64,000 nucleotides of DNA from Alphaproteobacteria bacterium (GCA_017935245.1 JAGBHZ010000002.1:27735-91734), one strand, 5' to 3'; shown: positions 10,001 to 18,287, numbered from the stretch's first letter. Notes: generated from the sequence alone by a model not told the origin. Numbers and translations are program-made.

Positions 10001-10154
10001 TCGGGTAAGCAGGTCAGGCAATGTCCATATAATTCAAGACATTGGTGCGATAGATTTTTTAGAACGCGCACAAAATAAGGCGTTTGGATTCTATTGACAT
10101 TGCCTATGTACTGCGGGACACCTTTGTTATAAAAATCTATGAAAGGAGAAACAT

Positions 10155-10427
10155 ATGAACAAAGCTCAATTGATTGAAGCAATCGCAAACGATGTAGATA
10201 TCACCAAGGCCGCTGCGGCTGCATGTGTTGATGCATTTATCAACAACGTAACAAAAGTTCTGAAAAAGAAAGGCGAAGTTCGCTTGGTTGGTTTCGGTAC
10301 ATTTGCAACTGCAAAGCGCAAGGCAACAACTGGCCGTAATCCTCAGACTGGCGAAGCGATTAAAATCCCAGCTTCTGTTCAGCCTAAATTCAAACCAGGT
10401 AAAGCATTAAAAGAAGCTTTGAACTAA
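10155..10427 (+). CDS. hup: DNA-binding protein HU
   Basis: MNKAQLIEAIA...VRLVGFGTF...GRNPQTGE.IKIPAS..PKFKPGKALKEALN. Confidence 0.97.
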   Translation: MNKAQLIEAIANDVDITKAAAAACVDAFINNVTKVLKKKGEVRLVGFGTFATAKRKATTGRNPQTGEAIKIPASVQPKFKPGKALKEALN

Positions 10428-10446
10428 ATCGGTTTGATTGCTAAAT

Positions 10447-10474
10447 AAAAATCCCCGCAGTTGCGGGGATTTTT
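10447..10474 (+). terminator. hup terminator
   Basis: aaaaatccccgc-agtt-gcggggattttt. Confidence 0.8.
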
Positions 10475-10548
10475 TAGTGGTGAGCCGTAAGTGGTTAGTG
10501 ATTGTGTGCGGCATCCGCCGCACACAATCACTAACCACTAATCACTAA
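10474..10548. repeat. REP/MITE-like 23-bp perfect inverted repeat built from heptamer units
   Basis: agtggttagtgattgtgtgcggc (10490-10512), loop atcc, gccgcacacaatcactaaccact (10517-10539), plus extra ttagtgg/aatcact units. Confidence 0.75.
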
Positions 10549-10573
10549 GATAAACTTTTATTTATCAATGTAT

Positions 10574-10602
10574 TTGCGTTGGATGAAATAATAGATTATA
10601 AT
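10574..10602 (+). promoter_or_regulatory. Sigma70-like promoter of RNA module 1
   Basis: TTGCGT-17-TATAAT. Confidence 0.65.
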
Positions 10603-10609
10603 ATGTGTG

Positions 10610-10695
10610 TTATGACCGATGGTCATAATGGGGTGTCAGAACCCGTGCAATACGCGTTTGGAAACGAAATCCGGCGCGCCAGTGGCGTGTTTTTT
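10610..10695 (+). ncRNA. Putative C4/CI-like antisense RNA, copy 1
   Basis: Hairpins ttatgacc/ggtcataa and atggg-gtgtcagaa-cccgt, terminator-like cgcgcc/ggcgtg + T6; loop tcagaac is complementary to gttctga at 10792-10798. Confidence 0.5.
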
Positions 10696-10700
10696 CGTAT

Positions 10701-10859
10701 ATGAATCCAGACGAAAATCAAAAAACTCCTGATGTATTACGTGTCAGGAGGGTTGCGAATATATTGAATAAGCACACAATTCGTATTGATTGTTCTGAAC
10801 CTCCTGACCACTCGAATTTATTCGGTGGTTTTTTCAAACATGAAAAAAGGGAGATTTAG
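10701..10859 (+). CDS. Putative 52-aa leader ORF spanning the antisense target and switch
   Basis: MNPDENQKTPDVLRVRRVAN...KREI; stop 3 nt before the next ATG; below the ORF-track cutoff, may not be translated. Confidence 0.25.
   Translation: MNPDENQKTPDVLRVRRVANILNKHTIRIDCSEPPDHSNLFGGFFKHEKREI
10726..10834 (+). promoter_or_regulatory. Putative antiterminator/terminator switch, copy 1
   Basis: tcaggagg (10744-10751) pairs with cctcctga (10800-10807) or with ctcctga (10726-10732); the competing hairpin accac-cgaa/ttcg-gtggt is followed by a T tract. Confidence 0.45.
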
Positions 10860-10862
10860 GTT

Positions 10863-11312
10863 ATGAAAAAAATTTTATTTATGGGCATAATCGCAACAAT
10901 ATTATCCGCGCCCACAATCGCCGCACAGATATGCGCACCGCTTATTTCCACTATGAAGCCCTCGTGGGCAAGCGAACTAATAACGACGAGTGATTGGATA
11001 GTATATGACGTCCCGCTAGACGGATTAAAATTTACAAAATCAACAATTAGTGGCGTGGCCATTTGTTCATCGGCAACCCAAACCGTATCGGGAATGTTGC
11101 CCACAATTAGCAGCGAAGCCGAATACCAATCAATTGTTCATTGCTGGGTACGCACAATCAAGCCCGTTGTATCAGAATGGATGCGACACAAAGAATACGA
11201 CAGTGCAATTGAATGTCTGAAAAACTGTTCGAAAGATGCAGTCGCACAAATGAATGGATACACAAACCAAACATTGGTAAACAACATTATCAAAAATGGC
11301 AATCAAATTTAA
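10863..11312 (+). CDS. Secreted Cys-rich hypothetical protein
   Basis: Signal peptide MKKILFMGIIATILSAPTIAA; motifs DW, ISGVAIC, CWVRTIKPVVSEW, CLKNCS shared with the next gene. Confidence 0.75.
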   Translation: MKKILFMGIIATILSAPTIAAQICAPLISTMKPSWASELITTSDWIVYDVPLDGLKFTKSTISGVAICSSATQTVSGMLPTISSEAEYQSIVHCWVRTIKPVVSEWMRHKEYDSAIECLKNCSKDAVAQMNGYTNQTLVNNIIKNGNQI

Positions 11313-11329
11313 AACAAATAGGGATGAAT

Positions 11330-12067
11330 ATGAAAAAAATAAGCATTTTATTATGTATTTTGGCAATGCCGGCATTTGGTGCGGCAAAGCGGTGTGTAAA
11401 ACTGGACCCGGAAACAACCACATGCACGCCAACAAACCCAACATATGGCAATGTTGACTGGACGGCAACGTGCACGACCAAAGACAATGAAACAATTCCA
11501 ATCCTGGGGGTTGCGGCATGCGGGCGGGACGCTGCATCGGATGTTACCGAAATAGCCGGTTGGAAGACGTCTGATAGTATGCATGTATATCATAGTGGTG
11601 AAGAGTCTACAACTGATATACACATTGCCGTTTGTAGGTGTCGGATAATATACCCCGTCGTATCTGCGTGGGTAGAAATATCATTTGGCCAAGACCCCAC
11701 ATATATTCCAGAACCATTGGGATATGGTCCAAACGTATGCCTGTACGGATGTTCGTACGCGTGCGCAAATCGTGGTGGTACGTTTTATGAGGCCCTGCTT
11801 ACATCGGCGGCAAAATCACAAAGCGACACCGAATGCCCCGCCGGGTATATTGGCATCGATGAACCAACCTTCAAAATAGAAGACGCCTGTACCGATGACC
11901 CCGCTACTTCTTATAACATATCTATTAAATACACCCCACTGGGGGACGCAAATTCATGTTTGGATGACAATCCAGGCATAGACTGTGTATTATATGGTGA
12001 AAAAAACACATCGTACCATGATGACAGTGGCACATATGAATTTAATTCAATGTGTGTGATGGAATAA
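11330..12067 (+). CDS. Secreted Cys-rich hypothetical protein (paralog of 10863-11312)
   Basis: Signal peptide MKKISILLCILAMPAFGA; DW, ILGVAAC, CRCRIIYPVVSAW, CLYGCSYAC; C-terminal DDSGTYEFNSMC. Confidence 0.75.
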   Translation: MKKISILLCILAMPAFGAAKRCVKLDPETTTCTPTNPTYGNVDWTATCTTKDNETIPILGVAACGRDAASDVTEIAGWKTSDSMHVYHSGEESTTDIHIAVCRCRIIYPVVSAWVEISFGQDPTYIPEPLGYGPNVCLYGCSYACANRGGTFYEALLTSAAKSQSDTECPAGYIGIDEPTFKIEDACTDDPATSYNISIKYTPLGDANSCLDDNPGIDCVLYGEKNTSYHDDSGTYEFNSMCVME

Positions 12068-12091
12068 AAATCCCCCGTTTGGGGGATTTTT
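12066..12091 (+). terminator. Terminator after the Cys-rich gene pair
   Basis: aaaaatccccc-gttt-gggggattttt. Confidence 0.75.
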
Positions 12092-12142
12092 TTGATTCGC
12101 CCCTTTGTTTAATAAAAAAACACCCTTTCGGGTGTTAAATTC

Positions 12143-12190
12143 TGGTGCGAGCAAAGGGGCTCGAACCCTCGACCTCAACCTTGGCAAGGT
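12143..12190 (-). repeat. att site: duplicated 3' 48 nt of tRNA-Gly
   Basis: tggtgcgagcaaaggggctcgaaccctcgacctcaaccttggcaaggt, identical to 18964-19011; displaced terminator aacaccc/gggtgtt at 12119-12136. Confidence 0.95.
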
Positions 12191-12318
12191 AAATGCAGGC
12201 CGTTTTCTATCTTTTTACTACTTTTGCTCATTTGCTATTTTTACCTTGTTTCCTGCGTATTTTACCTTTACTTTTCGTTTCTGTCAATGTATAATTATAT
12301 CAAAGTTTTACTATTATC

Positions 12319-12341
12319 TTGTTGATATAGTGTTGATAAAA
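12319..12341. repeat. Putative integrase arm-type site (left)
   Basis: ttgttgatatagtgttgataaaa matches 18873-18895 at 22 of 23 positions and contains tandem tgttgat. Confidence 0.6.
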
Positions 12342-12372
12342 TATCAAGATAATAATAATCAAGGGGGACAAT

Positions 12373-13629
12373 ATGCCAGTTGAAAAGTTAACTTTGCCAT
12401 TCCTCAAAAATGTTAAATTGCCTGTTGGCAAACAGGTATTCTATTTTGATGAAAGTATGCCGCGATTTGGTGTGAGTGTCTTTCCGTCAGGCCGCAAGAC
12501 ATTTTTCATAAAATATCAGAACGAATACGGCAAGCCAAAATGGTTAAAAATCGGTCAATTTCCTATTATGACACTTGAACAAGCAAGAGAGGCAGCACGG
12601 GCAGCGTTGGTAAAAGTTGATTTGAACAAAGACCCCGCCAACGAAAAGCAAGGCAAACGCCACGCCAAAACAGTATCAGAATTGTGTGATTTATACCTGG
12701 AAATTGGTGTTGCACATAAAAAGCCGACAACCATAGCAAGCGACAAAGGACGCATAGAAACGCTTATAAAACCACTTATCGGTGCAATTCCTATTGAGGC
12801 ACTGACTCGCACAGATGTAACAACAATGATGACGGACATTATCAAGGGCGAAAAAATTCAAAAACACGAACCAAGTGGCAAACCTCGCGGCATCAGACGC
12901 GTTACTGGTGGCTCGGGTGCAGCAGCCCGAACCATTCAAACCCTTGGGGCAATAATGACTTTTGCCAAGAACCAAGGTTTCATATCAGAAAACCCCGTCC
13001 AAGGTGTAAAAAAACCAAAAGACAAGGTCCGCGATATATTCCTTACTTGGGACGAGGTGCGTGCCCTTGGTCGCATTTTAGCATTGCCACAGATACAGCA
13101 AATATACCCCCACATATGCACAATTATTCCTTTGCTTTTGTTAACGGGGTGTCGCAGAAATGAAATTTTAGAGTTACGGTGGGAATACATAGATTTTGAA
13201 AACCAAGTATTTAGATTTCCAGACACCAAAACTGGCAAACAAAATCGTCCATTTGGTATTGCCGCAAAGAAACTATTACAAAATATCAAAAACCAGACTC
13301 CGCACGCTAACACAGGCTGGGTATTTCCGTCTGTGCGTGGCGATAGCCATATTACAAATCTGTTAAAAACATTCAAAACCATATGTGCCACCAGAGATGA
13401 ACACGGACAAAGAATACTAAACAGGGACGATTTAACCTTGCACGCATTAAGACACACTTTTGCGACATTGGGGTCTGACCTTGGTTATGTTGAAAATACG
13501 ATGTCTGCATTATTGGGGCACCATTTGAGGACAGTAACAAGCCGTTACACACACGCCATTGACAAGAGCCTTATACTTGCGGCCAACGATATATCTTTGG
13601 CATTAGAAAAAGCATTAAACAATAAATAA
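12373..13629 (+). CDS. int: Tyrosine recombinase/integrase with N-terminal arm-binding domain
   Basis: LLTGCRRNEI, TKTG, LHALRHTFAT, LLGH...VTSRYTH; N-terminal FGVSVFPSGRKTFFIKY. Confidence 0.95.
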   Translation: MPVEKLTLPFLKNVKLPVGKQVFYFDESMPRFGVSVFPSGRKTFFIKYQNEYGKPKWLKIGQFPIMTLEQAREAARAALVKVDLNKDPANEKQGKRHAKTVSELCDLYLEIGVAHKKPTTIASDKGRIETLIKPLIGAIPIEALTRTDVTTMMTDIIKGEKIQKHEPSGKPRGIRRVTGGSGAAARTIQTLGAIMTFAKNQGFISENPVQGVKKPKDKVRDIFLTWDEVRALGRILALPQIQQIYPHICTIIPLLLLTGCRRNEILELRWEYIDFENQVFRFPDTKTGKQNRPFGIAAKKLLQNIKNQTPHANTGWVFPSVRGDSHITNLLKTFKTICATRDEHGQRILNRDDLTLHALRHTFATLGSDLGYVENTMSALLGHHLRTVTSRYTHAIDKSLILAANDISLALEKALNNK

Positions 13630-13640
13630 AGGGGGATAAT

Positions 13641-14222
13641 ATGCCACAAAAAAACTTAAAACGGGTGACAATATCAAAAAAGAAAACAACCAAAAACAAT
13701 ATCAAATTCAAACCTGCAAAAATACAGATTGTTGACCATTTTAACAATATGACACCTAAACAAATAGACGAATTTTGGGACAAAGCATTCAAAGTTAATG
13801 AAAAAGAACAAGCATTATTTGACCGCTATAAATTACAAAAACCATCTAGAAAAATACCAAAAGAAGCCCGAATGCTTATTCATAAAATGGCAAAAGAATT
13901 GGGATATTGGAAAGACGAAAATGTAATAGATTTAGTAAGTGGACCTGGTCGCCCAGGCAAGTGGGTAAATATTTTTGGGTGGACTTTTTACAACAGAGTG
14001 CAAGAACAAAAACAACAAACCCCACAACAAACAACCAATGCTTGCATACGAATCGTGAAAAACAAAAAAGAATACCGAAATGATTATGGGGACATACCTG
14101 TAAAAACACTGCAAGCCAGATACAAAGAATTAAAGAAAAAATATGAGCAGTGCAAAGATATTATTGACACACTAAAAGAATACGAACCTGATTTACAAGA
14201 ACTTGCAAAACAAATTCAATAA
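13641..14222 (+). CDS. Hypothetical protein of the element
   Basis: RBS aagggg, Lys-rich 193-aa ORF directly after int. Confidence 0.65.
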   Translation: MPQKNLKRVTISKKKTTKNNIKFKPAKIQIVDHFNNMTPKQIDEFWDKAFKVNEKEQALFDRYKLQKPSRKIPKEARMLIHKMAKELGYWKDENVIDLVSGPGRPGKWVNIFGWTFYNRVQEQKQQTPQQTTNACIRIVKNKKEYRNDYGDIPVKTLQARYKELKKKYEQCKDIIDTLKEYEPDLQELAKQIQ

Positions 14223-14380
14223 AACACCTCTTATATGGGACGAAAACCGTATAGATAATATCCGTGCCTCTTTCTTGAAGGACGGATATTTTTTTGCTTT
14301 ATCCGTCCCAAGAACGAATGAAATGATATGGGTAAAGATTGGCAAGAAAGCGAATCAAAACTATAACAAGAGGTAATGAA

Positions 14381-14602
14381 ATGACAAAATTTTTCACAAA
14401 GAAACAGGCGTCAAATTATATGACGGCCGAATTAGGGTTACCAGTGGCAGAAAAGACACTGTCAAAACTGATAACCATTGGCGGTGGTCCAGAATTTCAC
14501 AAATTCAATAAAAGGGTCGTTTATACCCAAACCGCACTTGATGAATGGGCAAAATCTCGTTTATCAAAACCACACAAAAATTCCAGCGAACAGGAGGCAT
14601 AA
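14381..14602 (+). CDS. AlpA/excisionase-like winged-HTH protein
   Basis: FTKKQASNYM...TLSKLITIGGGPEFHKFNKRVVYTQTALDEW. Confidence 0.75.
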   Translation: MTKFFTKKQASNYMTAELGLPVAEKTLSKLITIGGGPEFHKFNKRVVYTQTALDEWAKSRLSKPHKNSSEQEA

Positions 14603-15781
14603 ATGGCAACAAACGACACAGAAAAATTACCGTTTAAGGAAATTATTCCTTGGAACGAACCTGTTGACGGCACAGAATTGTTAAATAGTATTGAGGCAAT
14701 ATTCACTCGGTATTTATCATTGCCAGACGGTGCAGCCACCACCCAAGCCGTGTGGGTATTGCATACCTATTGCATTGACTTGTTTGAATTTACTCCACGC
14801 CTCTGTCTTGTATCGCCAGAAAAAAGGTGTGGAAAGACAACAAATTTAAGGTTGATTGAAAATCTATCTTACAGACCTGTCAATGTGGCTAGCACCTCAA
14901 CCGCAAGTTTATTTCGTGGCATTGACAAGTGGCACCCCACTATGTGCATTGACGAGGCAGACACATTCATTAACGGTTACGATGAGTTACGAGGCATTAT
15001 TAACGCAGGTTACGAACAAGACGGAAAAGTTAGCAGAACAGAATGTGTCGGCAAAAAATATGATGTTAAGTTGTTTCGTTGCTTTTCCCCTGTTGCGATT
15101 GCTGCCATTGGCTCAATACCAGGAACAATCGCGGACCGTGGTATTACAATTTGTATGCAACGCAAAAAAAGCGATGAACACAAAGACAAATTGCGAATTT
15201 CAAAAATCAAACCCAATTTATATGAAATTCAGCGTAAATGCTTACGCTTTGCAAAAGACAATAAAGGGGCAATAATAAATGCCGACCCAGATATTCCAAA
15301 TGTATTTAACGACAGGGCCGCAGATATTTGGGAAACATTATTCAAAATTGTTTCTGTTGTGTCCCCAGAATGGACGGAACGGCTGCGAATTGCCTCGTTG
15401 CTATTGTATAAATCAAAGATTGCGTCTGACCCACAATCTATAAGGGTTACACTATTGTCAGATATAAGGGACATTTTCAAAGAAAAAAATAACCCTAAAT
15501 ATATTGCCACCGAAAATTTGTTAAACGAACTCAAAGGCATAAAAATATCGCCTTGGGAACATTACAACAACAGAGGGTTAAACGACCATTCTTTGGCAGG
15601 GTTATTATCGTCATTCAATATAATATCGCACCAAATGAGGGCCCCAGACGGTAGAAAATACCGCTATGTGCTGAAAGATTTTCAAGACGCTTTTGAACGG
15701 TATTTGGCACCTCTACAAGATAACGAAAAAGATTGTGCCAGCGTGCCAGATGATACGGACATATTAGACATTCCAGATTAA
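14603..15781 (+). CDS. DUF3631-like replication/primase-associated NTPase of satellites
   Basis: PWNEPVDGTELL, WVLHTY, SPEKRCGKTT (Walker A), IDEADT, IINAGY, DRAADIWETL. Confidence 0.7.
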   Translation: MATNDTEKLPFKEIIPWNEPVDGTELLNSIEAIFTRYLSLPDGAATTQAVWVLHTYCIDLFEFTPRLCLVSPEKRCGKTTNLRLIENLSYRPVNVASTSTASLFRGIDKWHPTMCIDEADTFINGYDELRGIINAGYEQDGKVSRTECVGKKYDVKLFRCFSPVAIAAIGSIPGTIADRGITICMQRKKSDEHKDKLRISKIKPNLYEIQRKCLRFAKDNKGAIINADPDIPNVFNDRAADIWETLFKIVSVVSPEWTERLRIASLLLYKSKIASDPQSIRVTLLSDIRDIFKEKNNPKYIATENLLNELKGIKISPWEHYNNRGLNDHSLAGLLSSFNIISHQMRAPDGRKYRYVLKDFQDAFERYLAPLQDNEKDCASVPDDTDILDIPD

Positions 15782-15810
15782 GCAACTGTAACCAGTGGCA
15801 CAATGGCACA
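15734..15810. repeat. Convergent hexamer iteron pairs, candidate replication origin
   Basis: gtgcca at 15735 and 15743; its reverse complement tggcac at 15796 and 15804; 8-bp spacing in both pairs. Confidence 0.5.
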
Positions 15811-15831
15811 ATAAAAACAGAGGACACAAAA

Positions 15832-16215
15832 ATGGCAAACGAACAAAACTTAAAAGTATTAAGCCCGAACGAAGCACGAGAACTCGGTCGCATTGGAGGA
15901 CAGATGTCAGGAAAAGCACGCAGAGAACGCAAAAAATTGCGTGATATGGTTATGTCTATGGCAAACGGTCCTTTGCCATTTGACAATGATTATAGTCGCA
16001 ACCGATTCATAGAAAAATATCACATAGACAACCCGACAATTATAGACGGAATACTTGCACAGTTGGTTTCATCTGCATTGTATGGTGATATGGCAGCAAT
16101 TAAACTGTTTTTATCTTTAACGGCAGATACACCACAAATACCATTCCCAGCAGGACCATTAACAAAACAAAAATTTAAGGTTTCGTATGAAGCACAAAAA
16201 CAAAACTTTGAATAA
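15832..16215 (+). CDS. Terminase small subunit-like protein
   Basis: MANEQNL...EARELGRIGGQMSGKARRERKKLRD and ALYGDMAAIKL resemble phage TerS-like proteins. Confidence 0.55.
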   Translation: MANEQNLKVLSPNEARELGRIGGQMSGKARRERKKLRDMVMSMANGPLPFDNDYSRNRFIEKYHIDNPTIIDGILAQLVSSALYGDMAAIKLFLSLTADTPQIPFPAGPLTKQKFKVSYEAQKQNFE

Positions 16216-16232
16216 AACCAAAAGGAAACAAA

Positions 16233-16550
16233 ATGAATCAAACACTTTTTTACACACATTTCCCATATTGCATACAGCATTTAGGTGGGGACAGATACAT
16301 AATCTTGAATCGGAATTATAAACCACTTGGGCAAACAAATTTTGAATATGTGGACTATAATAAAGACCCGTCTGTTGTGCGTATGAAAATCACGACGAAA
16401 CAAGCCGAAAAACTATCTTACAAAGGCAAAGTTGAGTCAGACACTATTTGGTTGTATGAAAACACATACAACACATTTAGAAACCCGCAAGAATTTAACA
16501 ATTATGTAACCAGATTAAAATTATTGGCCACATTAACACCAAAAATCTAA
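16233..16550 (+). CDS. Hypothetical protein of the element
   Basis: RBS aagga; FPYCIQ...YIILNRNYKPLG motif recalled from mobile-element hypotheticals, no function assignable. Confidence 0.65.
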   Translation: MNQTLFYTHFPYCIQHLGGDRYIILNRNYKPLGQTNFEYVDYNKDPSVVRMKITTKQAEKLSYKGKVESDTIWLYENTYNTFRNPQEFNNYVTRLKLLATLTPKI

Positions 16551-16593
16551 TGTATGCTCTTTACTTTTTCTAAATAAGCATATAAAATAAGAA

Positions 16594-16815
16594 CTGAATC
16601 CGAGAGATTGGGTTCAGGGCTATTGCAGGCCTTATGTGTTCGGTGCGAAAGCATCGTTAAAAATGATGTTTCGGTGTTTTCCGCACCGTAATATCCCTGG
16701 CTTATGGTCGGGGAGTCGTTGGTTATAAAACAGGGGTAACCCGAAAGCCGCGGAATCATTTAACACATATGATTGCAATCTCCCTGACCGCTCTTTCTTG
16801 GGCGGTTAATTTTTT
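16594..16815 (+). ncRNA. Putative structured ncRNA inside the satellite
   Basis: TTTACT-17-TAAAAT promoter (16560-16588), nested helices 16622-16779, terminator gaccgctc/gggcggtt + T tract. Confidence 0.45.
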
Positions 16816-16833
16816 ATCAAAAAAGGCAAAAAA

Positions 16834-17331
16834 ATGAAAACAACGCGTCATTTAATTTTCTTGATTTTTGGGCTATTTTGTATTCCTGCACAAGCAAATT
16901 ATAATACCACTTGCCAAGGTATAGGCAATTCCGTTTATTGCAACACTTATGATTATGGTGCACCGTCAAACTATGGGGCTAATTGGGGAAATTCATTTTT
17001 ATCTGGGCTTAATGCAGGTATGCAAGCAAGAAAAAACGCCATAGAAACTCAAAACGCATTATTACAACAACAAATATTATTACAACAAGCGCAGCAAATG
17101 GCACGACAACAGCAACCCAAAATTTCATCGTGTAAAATATACAAGATTGTCGGGAAAGAATTTCCTGTTGGTCGTGTTGAACTTGTATTAACAAGAGTTG
17201 CAAGCGACAAATATCAGATTGTTGGCACAGACGCGTATGTTTTAACAAAAGATTGTTTCAGATATATGGAAAAACAACCTGTGATAGCGGATATAAACTA
17301 TTCGCCAAGCGACAGAATTTATTTTGAATAA
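16834..17331 (+). CDS. Secreted cargo protein
   Basis: Signal peptide ending PAQA; CQGIGNSVYCN motif; Gln-rich linker. Confidence 0.7.
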   Translation: MKTTRHLIFLIFGLFCIPAQANYNTTCQGIGNSVYCNTYDYGAPSNYGANWGNSFLSGLNAGMQARKNAIETQNALLQQQILLQQAQQMARQQQPKISSCKIYKIVGKEFPVGRVELVLTRVASDKYQIVGTDAYVLTKDCFRYMEKQPVIADINYSPSDRIYFE

Positions 17332-17348
17332 ACAAAGGGCTTTCTAAT

Positions 17349-17636
17349 ATGACGCGTATATTTTTATGTTTTATTTGTTGTTGTGTTCTGTCTGGGTGCA
17401 ACGAGGCTATGTTGCAGGGTTTAGCGGCAGGGTTAAGCCAATACGGACAAAACACCCAGGCAACAAACTATACATACACCCAGCCCACCACATACCGAGC
17501 ACCAACAACATATAACCGCATTGGGAACACGGTATATTCATCAAATGGGACAATGTATAACCAAATTGGCAATACCGTATATGGCACAGACGGCACTCAA
17601 TGCAGTAAAATTGGAAACACTGTTTATTGTAATTAA
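17349..17636 (+). CDS. Cargo lipoprotein with IGNTVY repeats
   Basis: Lipobox VLSGC; three IGNTVY repeats. Confidence 0.7.
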   Translation: MTRIFLCFICCCVLSGCNEAMLQGLAAGLSQYGQNTQATNYTYTQPTTYRAPTTYNRIGNTVYSSNGTMYNQIGNTVYGTDGTQCSKIGNTVYCN

Positions 17637-17657
17637 CAACTATAAAAAGGAAAAAAA

Positions 17658-18287
17658 ATGAAACAAATATCACTAGCAATAATTCTGTTTTCGTGTTTGG
17701 TCGCAACCAATGCATATGCGTTAAGTAAAAAGAGCCACGAAAAGGTAAATCTGTGTGTAAATATGTTAGGAGTGTCAACCTGTGAAATGGTTGAGGAAAA
17801 AGATGTTTATCAAACAGTTTATAATATGAAATACGACAGTTATTTTGGTTCTAGTTTAGAGTATTTTGATAAAATGGGCCTAGATAGTCATTATTTTGTA
17901 GATGATATGAAAAAATATACAGAATGTTATGCGGAAGCGTTCGCAAAAGAAGTAACGATGAAAGATGTCAATATGATATTTGACGAAACGACACCACCAG
18001 CAGCAAAAAATGCTTTGATAGACAATATTGCTTATAAATATGTAGATAAATGTAAGAAAAAATACGCACCATATATGAATAAAATGGAAGATGTATTACA
18101 GGTATATTTAGAAAAAGTGTGTGGCTCAACAACCCCAAGTAAATCAGTGGCAAAAAAATGCAAGAAACAATATAAAAATGAAGATGATATTATTAAGTGC
18201 CAACAAGAAAACGATGAATGGTATAAATGTCTAAATAAAATTATGACAGATACAGGCGATAAAATTATGAAAAATATGGCAGAGTAA
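17658..18287 (+). CDS. Secreted helical Cys-containing cargo protein
   Basis: Signal peptide MKQISLAIILFSCLVATNAYA; several spaced Cys. Confidence 0.7.
   Translation: MKQISLAIILFSCLVATNAYALSKKSHEKVNLCVNMLGVSTCEMVEEKDVYQTVYNMKYDSYFGSSLEYFDKMGLDSHYFVDDMKKYTECYAEAFAKEVTMKDVNMIFDETTPPAAKNALIDNIAYKYVDKCKKKYAPYMNKMEDVLQVYLEKVCGSTTPSKSVAKKCKKQYKNEDDIIKCQQENDEWYKCLNKIMTDTGDKIMKNMAE

Noticed and set aside
12143-12190. Second functional tRNA-Gly
   Set aside because: Only the 3' 48 nt are present; the 5' acceptor strand and D-arm are missing, so it is an att copy.
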